A DNA stretch of 64,000 nucleotides. Origin: Camelus ferus (Eukaryota). The DNA lies in contig NC_045699.1 in NCBI RefSeq assembly GCF_009834535.1, forward strand, positions 61,690,001 to 61,754,000, read 5' to 3'. Below, piece by piece: positions 1-11,383 of this stretch (position 1 is the stretch's first letter; every line of letters begins with the position of its first letter). The position numbers and the translations under genes were made by a program. The notes under the pieces were generated by a model, which saw nothing but the letters and a program-made list of their open reading frames with translations, was not told the DNA's origin and did not search any database.

Positions 1-204
1 CCTACCTCAAAAATCTGTCATGAAGTTTAAGTAAATGAATACTTCTAGACGACTTAAATATCAGTAGATGTCTACTGATACTGTTTTATGGGTGAAAATA
101 TAAGTTTCCACTGCGTATGGCTTACAGGTTCAGCCAAAGTTCGGAATCAGACCAAGGAAAAGTGGGCTTGCACGACCCTGGACAGTGATGGAATCTCTCT
201 TGTT

Positions 205-285
205 TATCCTCCACCTCCTCATCTGTAAAGTGGGACTGATGACAGCCAACTTCGTACAGTTGTTATGAGGAGTTGAAGACTTAAC
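205..285 (+). mobile_element. MIR SINE fragment
   Basis: CCTCATCTGTAAAGTGGG...GTTGTTATGAGGAG matches the MIR core; boundaries approximate. Confidence 0.7.
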
Positions 286-424
286 CCAGAAATTGATACC
301 TGGAGCCCATGCCACAGGTGGTAGCTCTTAGTCATGAGTTCAGATTCATTGAGTTTCCTGGATGCAAATGCTATTCTAAAGGTTGATATGTACTGACACA
401 TGATCTTAAACTTAAAAGGTAGGT

Positions 425-550
425 GCCTTTTCAGTCCCATTTTACAGAAAAGCAAATTGAAGATCAAAGAGGTAAAACAACTTGCCCCAGGTCACAAAGA
501 TAAGAAATGAGAGAGTCAAGGTTCAGACCTCATCAGGCTGACTCTAGTAC
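425..550 (-). mobile_element. MIR SINE fragment
   Basis: CCCATTTTACAGAAAAGCAAATTGAAG...AACTTGCCCCAGGTCACA is the reverse-complement MIR core. Confidence 0.75.
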
Positions 551-2574
551 TGATTCTCCCAACTGCTGTCTTTCTGCATCTCAGCATCACCCCACCCTGG
601 GCCCCATCTGCAGTGAAAGTGTTGGCTGAGTCCTGGACTTTGCTCCTGGGCTGTGACTGCTGGCATGCTCAAGACAAGTTGCATCCTGCCACATGGCACC
701 TTAGACCCTCAGGGGTCTTGATTAAGGCTCCTAGCATGTCTATGCAGCATGATTCCTGCCCCAGGCTGAGAAAGCTGCAGACAGATGGTGTGGTGGATGG
801 AGGACCCCTCTGCATAACTGTGTCCGGGACCACCCAGGCAGGTGGAAGCCAAAAGGGTGGAGGGCCCTACAGCCCTCTCCCAAAGGATGCTGTGGGGGTC
901 AGAGATCTGGAGGACAGCAGCCCCCAGGTCCTGCCCAGGGAGGCCCCGAGGACCTGGGCTTTCACTGGGTCAACCCAACTCGGACACCCTCCCGATGAAA
1001 CCACACGAGGGAGAGAATAACCCAGCGCCTTCTTTTCCAGGGACAGCTTCGAGTCTGATGCCGACTGAAGCCCAAGACATGGGCCATCATTCTCCTTTTG
1101 AGAGGACTGAGGCCCAGAGAAAGAAGGTGGTTTGTCTTTTGGTCACTGAGTCAGCAAGTTGCAAACTTGCTCAAACGTACCTTCCCTCCAAACCCTGCTC
1201 TTTCTAACTTCTCCAGACACGCCCAAGGAATAAAAAGGGGTCGGAAGGAAGGAACTGTGGACGAACTTAAGGGTAGATCCATCCACAGAGACCTTTTATC
1301 TGTGGATGTGTTGCAGCAGGCCTTGGGTTTAACTAACCCCGTCAGGTTCAGAGATGTCCAGGATGAGAAGCCATGCCTATGTCCGGTTTCCCCTAGAGTT
1401 ATAAGCTGAGATCAAGACATCCATCTTTTTTCCTCCCGAGGCGACACCTGATGGTAACTGAGGTTATGTCAGCATTTCCAGGAGGTGTATTTATGTAGTG
1501 CTTTTATCCAGCAAGGCCATGGCCGTGACCCCACAGCAGGACCGGGTCAGGCAATTGAAGCATTACATCACTTCAGTGGAGCTGTTTTGGAAAGAGGAGC
1601 CAGAAGAAAAAGAGAAAGGGGCCAGGATGGTGGGGAGGGAAAAAAAAAACCAAAAAACAATTTCATGTGTTGAGCAACTAAGTATAAATGCTACATTTCA
1701 GATCAGGGGTCTCTAAGACATCATCTGATTGAATGTTCACAAGAGTCCTGGCAACTGGGCATTCAATACCAGTTGTCCAGATGAAGAAATCAGTCAGAAG
1801 GGTTAAAAAGGTCCTCTGCTGGCACGTGTGACGTAGACCCAGCCTGCCCTGATTCAGAAGCCCGCCTTAGCTGTGCTGTTGCTCTCTCCTCTGTGTCTTC
1901 AGAGTCTAGTCCTGAGTTGCCCATTTAACTTACTTCAGGCAAGCATCTTCACCTGGCAGAGCCTCAGATTTCTTATCCTGCAACAATGATAGTTCTTCCC
2001 TACTATGGACAGCACGTGAGGAACAAAGATTTGGAAACTTTTTGATCAATTAAACAAGTATGGAGTACGTTTATAAATAGAAAAAAAAAGAGCTATTAAA
2101 AAGAGAGAAAAGTACTGAATACGTATATATTTGCAAAATCTGTATAGCTTTTCCAAATTTTAGTAGCTTTTTTTATATCTATATGTACGTGGTAGGTATG
2201 CGAGTATGTAATAGGTGTGTGTGCATATAGCTAAAGACACACACAGGCCAACACACATTGTATATAATTATTGCAGCCAGTCCTTCCATGAAGTCACTCC
2301 CAAACCACTTGGCAGTGTGTGCTTCCTCTTCTGACGTGATGATCTCCTCGTGTTTTCTTTTGAGGGGAATAATAATATCACCTTAAATCATGGGATACTT
2401 TACCTTGAAAAGATTCGTTTAATACCCCTGTCAATATCCTAGTCTGTAAATGCATCACTGAATGATTTATTTTCCTATTTTGTGCAAAATGTACCTCATG
2501 CGCATTGTGAGTTATTCCTCCCTAAGGCCCTCGAAGGTGCATTTCTCTAGTGTAGTGGTGGGAAGATGGTCCCT

Positions 2575-2765
2575 AGAGCTAGTGTGGGTCCGAATCCTGG
2601 CTCTGCCACCTTTCTGCTGTGTGACTTTGTGCACATTCCAGTCCCTTCTAGATGTAAACTGGGGCAGTATTAATTAGTGTTTACATTTGGGGAATAAAAG
2701 TGTACATGTAAAATTCTTAGAACAGGGCTTAGAGCATCAGAACTATTCGATAAACATTACCTTGG
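2575..2765 (+). mobile_element. MIR SINE
   Basis: GAATCCTGGCTCTGCCAC...GCTGTGTGACTTTG...TGTAAACTGGGG...CATGTAAAATTCTTAGAACAG. Confidence 0.8.
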
Positions 2766-3269
2766 TTATTTCCTTCCAGTCTTAGGCACACAGAAGAGGG
2801 GACGGTAGATTATCGATGACCATTGTTTATCTGAACTTGCTTTCGGCTATAACTATCAGGCTCAGTTAAAAAATGCATTTGCCCAGGTATATCAGTGAGG
2901 GGTTGTACAGACAAGCACACAGATAAACATATGATTACAAACTGTTTACTAGCCCTTTGAAGGAAAATTAGCAAGCTACCCCGATAGAGTAAAACTGATA
3001 AGCGTGTTTTATGTAGAAGTTTCCAAAAAGGCCTCCTTAAGAAAGACACGTTTTAGGAGAGGCCTGAAGGGCAGGAGAGGTTGGCTAAGGGTAAAAGGAG
3101 ATTTCTAGGCAGAGGGGGTAACATTACGAAGACCCCATACCATGAGAGCGCTCGGGGGACTTGACGAGAAACAGCATGGTTGAATGTGGCAAACACGGGA
3201 CAAAGAGGAGAGAGATGAGGAGAGAAGGGGGAGGGGGAAGATTCAGGGGAGGTTCTGTATACCATGATC

Positions 3270-3500
3270 AGCTTTTAATCTAAGAAAGGGGGCACCCTAG
3301 GAGGGCTTTACATAGAGACATCTTGTGATTAGTTTAGCATTTGGTTTTAAACCAGACTGGTGGCCACGTGCCAGGAGCACTGGTAAAAACCAGTTAAGGG
3401 GCTATTGCTGCGACCAGGACTGGAGGTGATGCTGGTGGCTTAGCCTAGGGCGGTGGTGATGGACAGAGAGACCAGCAGATAGAGGTGGGATCACTGTAAC
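3270..3500 (-). mobile_element. L2 LINE fragment
   Basis: CAGTTAAGGGGCTATTGCTG...GGTGATGCTGGTGGCTTAGCCTAGGG resembles antisense L2. Confidence 0.55.
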
Positions 3501-3844
3501 TTGGATGGCTTGATTTGGGGGTCACTAGTGTCCCAGGGAACACGTTTTGGGATTCAATGCATTGATATAATTTGCCTTATGCAAGGACTGAATCAAACCA
3601 CTGCATGGGATTCTAGATGAGACACAAAGAAGACACCCCCAATAATTAAAGCCATTTCCAAGGTGAAATAATCTATCTAAGGAGGTAACAGGTTTTTTGA
3701 CTTTGGACATTTTCAAAAAGGGTGTGGGTCACCATCTGCATGAGAGTTCATGAAAATGGTTTGGGAATCCCCCTCAAAGACATGTTTCAACATTCTGAAA
3801 AAGAAAATGCATCAGAATCTTCATGGTTGACTTACTTAGCAGCA

Positions 3845-4072
3845 TAAGGGCTAACACTTATGGAGTGTTCCTTGTGTGCCAGTTTTAAAAGCGTGTTGAC
3901 ATGGATTAATCCATTTAACCCTCACAACGACTGAATGAGGTGATACCAACATTATCCCCATTTTACAAAGGAGGAAGCTGAGATAGAGAAATGTTGAGTA
4001 ACTCACCCAGGGTCACACCCAAGGTTGTTCAGTGGGTGGAAGCAGGATTCCAACTCGGGCAACCTGGATCCA
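3845..4072 (-). mobile_element. MIR SINE, near full length
   Basis: AACACTTATGGAGTG..TGTGCCAG...CCTCACAAC...CCCCATTTTACAAAGGAGGAAGCTGAG...CAGGGTCACAC...GGATTCCAACTC. Confidence 0.85.
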
Positions 4073-4222
4073 CTTAAGACAGAACTTCAGTGTCTCAACA
4101 TTGGGAAATAGTTCAGTGCTTTAGAGCATAGCCATTCTGTAGAATAGTATTATGTTATTCAACACAGTGGTCATGAAAACTAAATAGTACGAATGAAAAA
4201 GGAAGAACGGAAATAACTTGCA

Positions 4223-4441
4223 AGGCATAAATTAGGAGTTTGGGATTAGCAGATGTACACTACTATATATAAAATAGATAAACAACAAGGTCCTACTGTA
4301 TAGCACAGGGAATTATATTCAATAGCTTGCAATAACCTTTAATGAAAAAGAATATAAAAAATAATGTGTATATGTATAACTGAATCACTGTGCTATATAC
4401 CAGAATAGCACAATATTGTAAATCAAATACACTTCAATAAA
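4223..4441 (+). mobile_element. 5'-truncated artiodactyl L1 3' end with 12-bp TSD
   Basis: GGAGTTTGGGATTAGCAGATG...AACAACAAGGTCCTACTGTATAGCACAGGGAA...CTTCAATAAAAA; TSD AAATAA(C/T)TTGCA at 4211-4222 and 4442-4453. Confidence 0.92.
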
Positions 4442-5019
4442 AAATAATTTGCATGTATACCACAATTATCACTGTGTACAAAGCACACACAAATATACAG
4501 AAAATGAATGAGAAGGAAATGCTTGGATAAAGGGAATATAGCTGACTTTTTCTTTTGCCTTTTTATTTTCCAAATTTTCCCCAGTGCAGTAATACTACAT
4601 TTATTCAGAAAATATAGTTGCAATTCAAAACAGATGACACCACTTGCACCAAAAAGAGCTGGGGGGAGATTGGACTTCTAAGAACTTTCCCAACGTGGAA
4701 GTTCTATGATTCAACTAGAGTGGGCTTTTTTATGGGCAAACTGGGTGTCCAATATGAAAGTCTGGATGAAGACAAATCCGTCACAAATGAAATGCCAAAT
4801 CTCAAGTGAAAACGTTTATTTTGATTTAACAGTCAATAATCCAAACTAAATACCAGTCGATTAAGACAAAGATGTTCTCGAGGCCTCACGACTCTATATT
4901 ATTAGTTACACATCCCTGACAAAGTTGCAAAACTTCCATAAATATGTTTTTAATGATCGGATGGTATTTAATCTAGTGCACACTCTCGCACATTAAGTTG
5001 AAATTAAATGCACCGTTTG

Positions 5020-5210
5020 CCGTGTCATATGCCTTCATGGCTTCAGCAATGCTCTCTTCTCTTCTCTTTTGAGCTCTGATAACAATTTGCAGTGCATCTG
5101 GGTAACATCTGGTAGATGAGACATACTGCTGGAGGTTTTCAGTCTCAGAGTTTGATGAGTCCTGATACATAACAGGGAGCTGTTTCTCATCAACTTTTCC
5201 CAGATGTCAA
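5020..5210. promoter_or_regulatory. Candidate bHLH E-box enhancer
   Basis: CATATG 5026-5031, CATCTG 5095-5100 and 5106-5111 (5-nt spacer), CCAGATG 5200-5206 in non-repeat sequence; motif-only evidence. Confidence 0.3.
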
Positions 5211-5459
5211 AATGCATCTAGGGAAAGTGTGTGGGGGATATATTCATGTGCCTGCCATCCTCCCCACCTCTGAGCTGCGGAATACCCCTTGACAAGTCAA
5301 TAGCCCTCATTGCAGAAGAAAATAAGAGAATACATCAAGGGGTCTCCTACCCTTTTTCACTTATTAGCAACTACCTGAACACCCAGCATAGCTGATCCAG
5401 GGTGATGCAGCCCTATTTCTTGGGAGGGTCCATTCGGTATGATGGGATGGTTAGTAACA

Positions 5460-5642
5460 CCACTGTCTCATAATTTGAAGACATTCCAATTATAAGACAC
5501 ACAACAGATTTAATAAGATCTCCTTAGGAAAAGGAGAGAAGTACTCTTGTAATTTTATGTATCAATTGGGAGACCTATCCCAGTTTCAGAAATGTTGAAA
5601 ACATTAAAAAAAAAAATACATCTCAACGTGTAGAAAATCTGG
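5460..5642. mobile_element. TcMar MITE (MER104/Kanga-like)
   Basis: AATTATAAGACACAC...CAATTGGGAGACCTATCCCAGTTTCAGAAATGTTGAAAAC...ACATCT resembles a CpG-decayed MER104-type element of about 180 bp. Confidence 0.55.
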
Positions 5643-6109
5643 CATCTGATGTATCTAAATTGGCAAAATGTGGTTGTGTTCGTTTGTCCATTTCCTTTCA
5701 TTCACAAAACGAGACTGTGAGTTAGATCTTTCGACCTCTTTCTTTTCCAGGCGAGGAGACTGAGTCTCGGAGGTTAAGGGACTTGATGGCAGAAGCTGAA
5801 CTCTAAGCAGCTCTTCCCTGTCGTGTCTTCACTTTAAAGACAAATGCTCCCTTCCCAGCAGTGGAACCTGTGGGTAGGTGTAAGGACACTGAACTTGCAG
5901 GCTCAGAGAGCCGAGTTCCTTCTCAAGGTTTGTCCCTATCACTGGCAGAGTTTCTGCTAGAAGCTGACTTGATGATGTCAAACTTACTGACAGCAGCTGA
6001 TATTTAAAGTTATTTCTGTGTTAAAAGTTCATGGATTACTGATTTTATTGAGATTTTATTGAAAATTTGTCAACTGCTTAGCTATTTGTCACTGCTCTAG
6101 AAAAACAGA

Positions 6110-6310
6110 GTAATAACGCTCATCAAGTATTTAATACCTCCTACCTGCTATGATCTTACCAATTTCTACACATTGTAATATTTTATATTCATAGCAGGTT
6201 GATGAGGTAACTAACTTAGTCTGCAGCTGAGGAAATTCAGGCACAAAGACAGAAAGCAACTTGCTCCAAGATACAGAATTCAGATCTATATTTTTCTGAT
6301 TCTAGAGCAG
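6110..6310 (-). mobile_element. MIR SINE fragment
   Basis: GCAGCTGAGGAAATTCAGGCACAAAGA...AACTTGCTCCAAGATACA. Confidence 0.6.
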
Positions 6311-6437
6311 ATTTTTAAATGACTAAGTTAGCCTATTTTCAGGACACAGGAAAAAACAAAAACAAAAACAAACTTGGAAAAGTCTCCTCTCTTAAGGGAT
6401 TTGAAATTTAGTAAGTAAGTTAGTTAAAACATACAAA

Positions 6438-6647
6438 CATTTTGTATGTTTTAATTTTACTATACATAAAAATATTTAAAAACAATTTTTTTCTATATGG
6501 CACAGGGAACCATATTCAGTATCTTGTAATAACCTTTAATGAAAAAGAATGTGAAAACAAACATATGTATGTATATATATTACTGGGACATTATGCTCTA
6601 CACCAGAAATTGACACATTGTAACTGACTATTCTTCAGTTTTTAAAA
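6438..6647 (+). mobile_element. 5'-truncated L1 3' end with TSD and inverted target-site copy at the 5' junction
   Basis: GGCACAGGGAACCATATTCAGTATCTTGTAATAACC...ACACCAGAAATTGACACATTGTAACTGACTAT; TSD AAA(A/G)CATACAAA at 6426-6437 and 6648-6659; TT/AAAA endonuclease site. Confidence 0.9.
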
Positions 6648-7079
6648 AAAGCATACAAAATGATAAGAGAAAATTGCCACCAAGTGGATATTATTATCCC
6701 ATTCTGCAGATGAGTAAATAGAGCCTAAAGCTTTAAAAAGTCAATAAGACAATTCAATCGCAGGGTTTTTAAGCCCTGTTCCTATTCTCTTTCTAACTCT
6801 ACGCTGCATCTGTCATCCCGTTGCATTTTTGAGAAGGAAGCCAGATCCAAATGATATTCAATAACTGTCCCAATATGAAAGGTTTATCAAACATTGATGA
6901 TCTGACTGCATCCCGTGATTTATGTCTGAAATTCCGAGGATGGGCTGCAACAACTGAAAGGATCTTCGAGATCCTCATATTTCCTCCATCCCCATCACTT
7001 CCTGCCCGGCACTCACTCACCCCTGATCATAAATATTGCTTGCCACTTTTATGATTATTGGTGGTGAGATATGATGAAT

Positions 7080-7267
7080 NNNNNNNNNNNNNNNNNNNNN
7101 NNNNNNNNNNNNNNNNNNNNNNNNNNNNNNNNNNNNNNNNNNNNNNNNNNNNNNNNNNNNNNNNNNNNNNNNNNNNNNNNNNNNNNNNNNNNNNNNNNNN
7201 NNNNNNNNNNNNNNNNNNNNNNNNNNNNNNNNNNNNNNNNNNNNNNNNNNNNNNNNNNNNNNNNNNN
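7080..7267. other. Assembly gap (188 N)
   Basis: Run of N. Confidence 1.
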
Positions 7268-7624
7268 AAAGCCATTCCAACTTGGAGCTTTCTCTTTTGC
7301 CTGCGCTAGGGCCATCTCTTCACATTCCTGGGAAAACTGGCTGGTTCTCACTGACTGTAACCTGGTAGAGAATGCTGAGCTCATAATGAGAAGTTGAAAG
7401 CATTTGGCAAGAGGAAAGGCTAAATGCAGAAGAGTGAGTTCTGAGAGGAGCCTGATGGAATGGTGGTCTCGGCTCTCACCCCTGCCTCAGCTCTGCCTCA
7501 GTCCCACCTTCCTCTTTAGGATAAAAGCATATACTGTGTGTTGGCTCTAAGTAAGACTGGCTCAACCCCCCTTCATCCAAGAAGGGACAGTATTGCAAGA
7601 TAGGGTGAGAAGCATGGTTTAGAG

Positions 7625-7849
7625 GAGTGGTTTTCAACCAGGAGTGGTTTTTGCTGACCCCTCCCACCTCAGGGGACATCCGGCAATGTCTGGAGATACG
7701 TTGATGGTCACAAGTAGAGGCATGTTACTGGTATCTACTGGGTAGAGGCCAGGGATGCCGTTAAATATCCTACAATGTATGGGACAGCTCTCCACAACAA
7801 GGAATCATCTAGTCCAAAGAACCAATAGTGCTAAGACTGAGCAGCTCTG
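7625..7849 (+). mobile_element. MER20 (hAT-Charlie MITE)
   Basis: GTGGTTTTCAACC...CAGGGGACATCCGGCAATGTCTGGAGA...GGGTAGAGGCCAGGGATGCCGTTAAATATCCTACAATG...AATAGTGCTAAGACTGAG. Confidence 0.9.
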
Positions 7850-8045
7850 ATTTAGAGTCAGACAGCACTGGACCTGACTCCCAGTTCTGCCATGTGTAGA
7901 TGAAGGGACGTGGGAAGTTTCTGGTCCTTGCCTTCCACATCTCTAAGGTGGGGTTAATAACCATAAAGATGCCTAATTTGTAAAGTTTGGTTAAAATTCA
8001 GTGAGAGGATAAATATTTAAAAATCCAGTGCTTGGTATACAGGGG
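7850..8045 (+). mobile_element. MIR SINE
   Basis: AGAGTCAGACAG...CCCAGTTCTGCCA...CCACATCTCTAAGGTGGGGTTAATAA. Confidence 0.65.
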
Positions 8046-8189
8046 CAACCGCAGGACACCTAACTGAATCTGGGGATTGTGGGGAAGGATCGGAAAACTC
8101 TGGACACGAGGTGAACCAGGCAGATTACAAAAAATTCACACAATTCTTACAACCACTGTATCTCATCTTTCTAATGTGACTCTGAAGTT

Positions 8190-8521
8190 CCTTAGCGTAT
8201 TACTCTGAGCTGAGTCCTCAAGAGGCCTTGGGAGCTTCTGCTCATTCTCCTAGAAGCATCTGATCACTCCATGCACAAGCTGACCTGCTGGAGAATGGAG
8301 CACTGTGTGGGGCAAAAATGAGTTACCCCAGCAGAGGCCTTCTCCACCTGGCCAGCAGCAGACCACAGACACATGATTGATTCCAGCTGAGACCAGAAGA
8401 ACCATCCAGCTAAGCCCACTCCAAACTGACAATTTCAGAATAATGACCAAAATAAACAGTTATTGTTTTAAACCACTAAATTTAGGGATAATTTGTTACA
8501 CAGTGAAGGCTGACTGATACA
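8190..8521 (+). mobile_element. MLT1 (MaLR) LTR, 3' part
   Basis: CCAGCTAAGCCC...AATAAACAGTTATTGTTTTAAACCACTAAATTTAGGGATAATTTGTTACACAG...CTGATACA is a typical MLT1 terminus. Confidence 0.8.
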
Positions 8522-8825
8522 ATAAGTTAGAACTGAGTTCTTGAGGGTCAGCAAGAGTCAATGCAGAGAAGAGGATAAAATGTGCAGAAAGATTTAAAGG
8601 GAAATGTGAGCATAGCATTCCTAATAGATTCTAAATGAAAGGGTAATTTCCTTTAAGACTTAAGGATTTTTTTTCCTTGGAGGATGACTAACATCCTTAG
8701 TGTTTCCCAAACTTTGCTTTTCTTTTTCTCCTGCTCTTGCACTATATCATCAGTACTGCAAATCCATTTCATTGCTCTTTCTAGTTTCTGGAGGAACTAG
8801 ACCTTTGGGGTTCTGCACTCAATTC

Positions 8826-9468
8826 CAATGTGTGTGTCGGGTAGGAGATTTCCACAGCATCAAGAAATTCTCTGATCACAGCTAGGTGTCCTATAATTCA
8901 ATTCAATTCAGACACTATTTACCTGGAGATAGCATCAGATTCCACACCTTAAGGGCTCATTCCTACAAGTCTGCCCCCAACCCCACCCCACTTCAGACAC
9001 CAGTCAAGGCCCAGGTTGTTATCTGTGCTTCTAGCCAACTACTACAAACTGGAGGTTCCAATGACCCCTCTCCAACTCAGGATGCCAACCCCAAGTCTAT
9101 GTTATCACTGTGCTTCTGACCGACTGGCAACAAGCAGAGGTTCCTGCAAACCCTCCTTGGGTTCAATTAATTTGATCGAGAGGCTCACAGAACTCAGAAA
9201 ACCCACTTACTGACTAGATCACCAGTTTATTATAAAAGGATATAACTAGATGGAAGAGATGGATAAGGAAATACCTAGGGAAAGAACACACGTGGAGCTT
9301 CCGTGTCCTCTCCAGGGCATCACCCTCCCAGCACCTCCACCAGCACCTCCACCTGTCCACCAACCCAGGGACTGTCTGAACCCCATCTTTTTGGGTTGTT
9401 ATGGAGACTTCATTACAAAGGCACAACTGATTAAATCATTAGCCGTTAGTGACTGAACTCAATCTCCA
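8826..9468. mobile_element. MER21-like ERVL LTR
   Basis: GGTGTCCTATAATTCAATTCAATTCAGACACTATTTACCTGGAGATAGCATCAGATTCCACA...AAGGGCTCA...GGCTCACAGAACTCAG...GTTTATTATAAAAGGATA. Confidence 0.85.
9328..9351. repeat. 12-bp tandem duplication (CCAGCACCTCCA)x2
   Basis: Exact copies at 9328-9339 and 9340-9351. Confidence 0.9.
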
Positions 9469-9600
9469 TTTGCAGATGAAAAAATCTGAAACTAAGAAGA
9501 GGTTAAGAGATCTGTTTGAAGTCCAGCTCCTTGTAAGTGCAGAATCAGAATGTGAACTACGTTACGCAACTGCAAAACCTGAACTTTTTCCATCCAACTT
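9469..9600 (-). mobile_element. MIR SINE fragment
   Basis: CATTTGCAGATGAAAAAATCTGAAACT...GAGGTTAAG...GTAAGTGCAGAATCAGAATGTGAAC. Confidence 0.7.
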
Positions 9601-9889
9601 TCTGTCAATAGTAAATCTCTTTAACTCATCAGAAGATGTGTTCTGAGCGTGGAAGACTGCAATTTCCTGAGGCCCTGCTCCATGTCAGGAAGCATGTCAG
9701 GGCCTTTGCATGTATTATCTGCACAACATTTATAATGATACGTGCTGTTTACTACACTCCTGCTCTGTTATATAAGTTATCTCTGTTTCTTAGAGCAATC
9801 TTACAAAGTAGGAAACATGACCTCCATTCCTAGGGCTGAAGAAACCAAGATTGTGCAACATTAAATAAATTACATGAAGCCACTTTGTT

Positions 9890-10800
9890 ATCTATTCATA
9901 TAATAACTTTTAAGCTTCCACTCTATGTCAAGCACTGTTCCAGGGGCTGAGAATGTGACAGGGTAGCGTTCTTTCATTTTCGTAGAAGACAATCATAGTC
10001 ACATCAGTAAGTAAAGGAATTGATTATGTAAAAGGTAACGAGTGTCGTGAAAAAATATATAAAAGACTTTAAAGACAGCGTGTGAGGAGATTGTGTATAG
10101 AATGTACTCTTTTTATAGGATGGCTATCACAGACCTCTCTGAAAGTCATCATTGAGCAGAAGCATGGAGTAAATGAGAGACCAATATATGAACCACCTGG
10201 GATGAGAGCATCCTAGGTGGAGGGAAGGTCACAAGCAAAAGTCCTAAGGAGAGAATGGGTTGATGGGGTTAAAGAATAGCAGAAAGACAAATCTGGCTGG
10301 AGCAGGTGAGGGAAGGGGAGGATATCTTACCCTGTCAGGTCCAGAGAGGTCCAGACTGACAGGGCAGTATAGGTCATTGTAAGGACTTGGTACTCTGAAT
10401 AAGATGGGAAGCCATTAATCAGAGGAAGGTTCTGAGTAGAGAAAAGACAAATATGGTTCATATTCTAAGAGGATTACTTGGGTACTGGGAGGAGAACAGA
10501 CTGAGGGGGCAAGGGTGGCCAGCAGGGAGCCAATGAGGGGCTGTTGCTGGAGAGACGTTGGGGTTAGCAGCACAAGATGTTTCCTGGAGAGATGCTGGTC
10601 AGCAGCTCAAGCTGTGAAAAGCGTTTCCGTGTTGGACATATTGTGAAGGAGAGCCAGCAGGATTTGCTGGTGCACTGAGTGAGCGTAGGGTCTGAGAAAC
10701 AGGAGTCAAGGATGAGCGCCGAGTTCAGGCCTGAAGAAGCAGAAGAACAAAGCTGCCATGTACTATAAAGGGGGTCATCTAGGTGGGTGTGGGGTCTAGG
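9890..10800 (-). mobile_element. L2 LINE 3' region
   Basis: CTATGTCAAGCACTGTTCCAGGGGCTGAGAAT..., GGTCATTGTAAGGACTTGG...GATGGGAAGCCATT..., GCCAGCAGGATTTGCTG...GGAGTCAAGGATGA. Confidence 0.85.
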
Positions 10801-11383
10801 GAGCGTTTTTTTAACCATGGGAGACACTGCTTTATGTTTTCATGTTAATTAGTCAGATTACCCAGAGAGGAAGAAAAAACATTCGATTCCGAGAAGTTAG
10901 GATGATTTCTAGACTGTTAGAGCAGGGACCCTGAGCAGAGGCTGGACTGGGAGGTGGGGGACATAGGGGTGGCATCTAGGGGCAGAAGTGGACAGGCTGA
11001 CCTTACATAGACATATGAACAACTAATCTTTGGTAACAAGAGGAAAGGCAGATTGTGTGGGCACAGATCCCAGTAGACTGCTCATGGCAGTGGGCTACGT
11101 GAACCTTCTTTTTGATCTTCTTGAGAAACAGGTAACAAGTCTGAGTAAAGAGTGAGAATGGGGGAGAGGTGTGGGAGAAGCGAGGAAAACACAGAAGAAA
11201 CGAAATAATCATGATGAATGGATCAGGGAAACGTGACGGAATTGAAATCCATGCCCACTACCTTCCAACGGCAGCAACCTTCTCGCGTCCCATATGGTTT
11301 CATAATTAGCCTGCAAGGTAAGTATATTTTATTCCAATATGAATAACGAACAGTCTGGACATTTCAAGAGTTTATGTATCCCA

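Noticed and set aside
59-80. Hairpin TATCAGTAGA-TG-TCTACTGATA (10-bp stem)
   Set aside because: Too short for a pre-miRNA and within MIR-derived sequence; a stem of this length is not far from chance in 64 kb.
4973-5217. Short minus-strand ORFs after an acceptor-like CTTTCCCTAG
   Set aside because: No recognisable protein, only one frame open for 60 codons, and no partner exons; treated as possible regulatory DNA instead.
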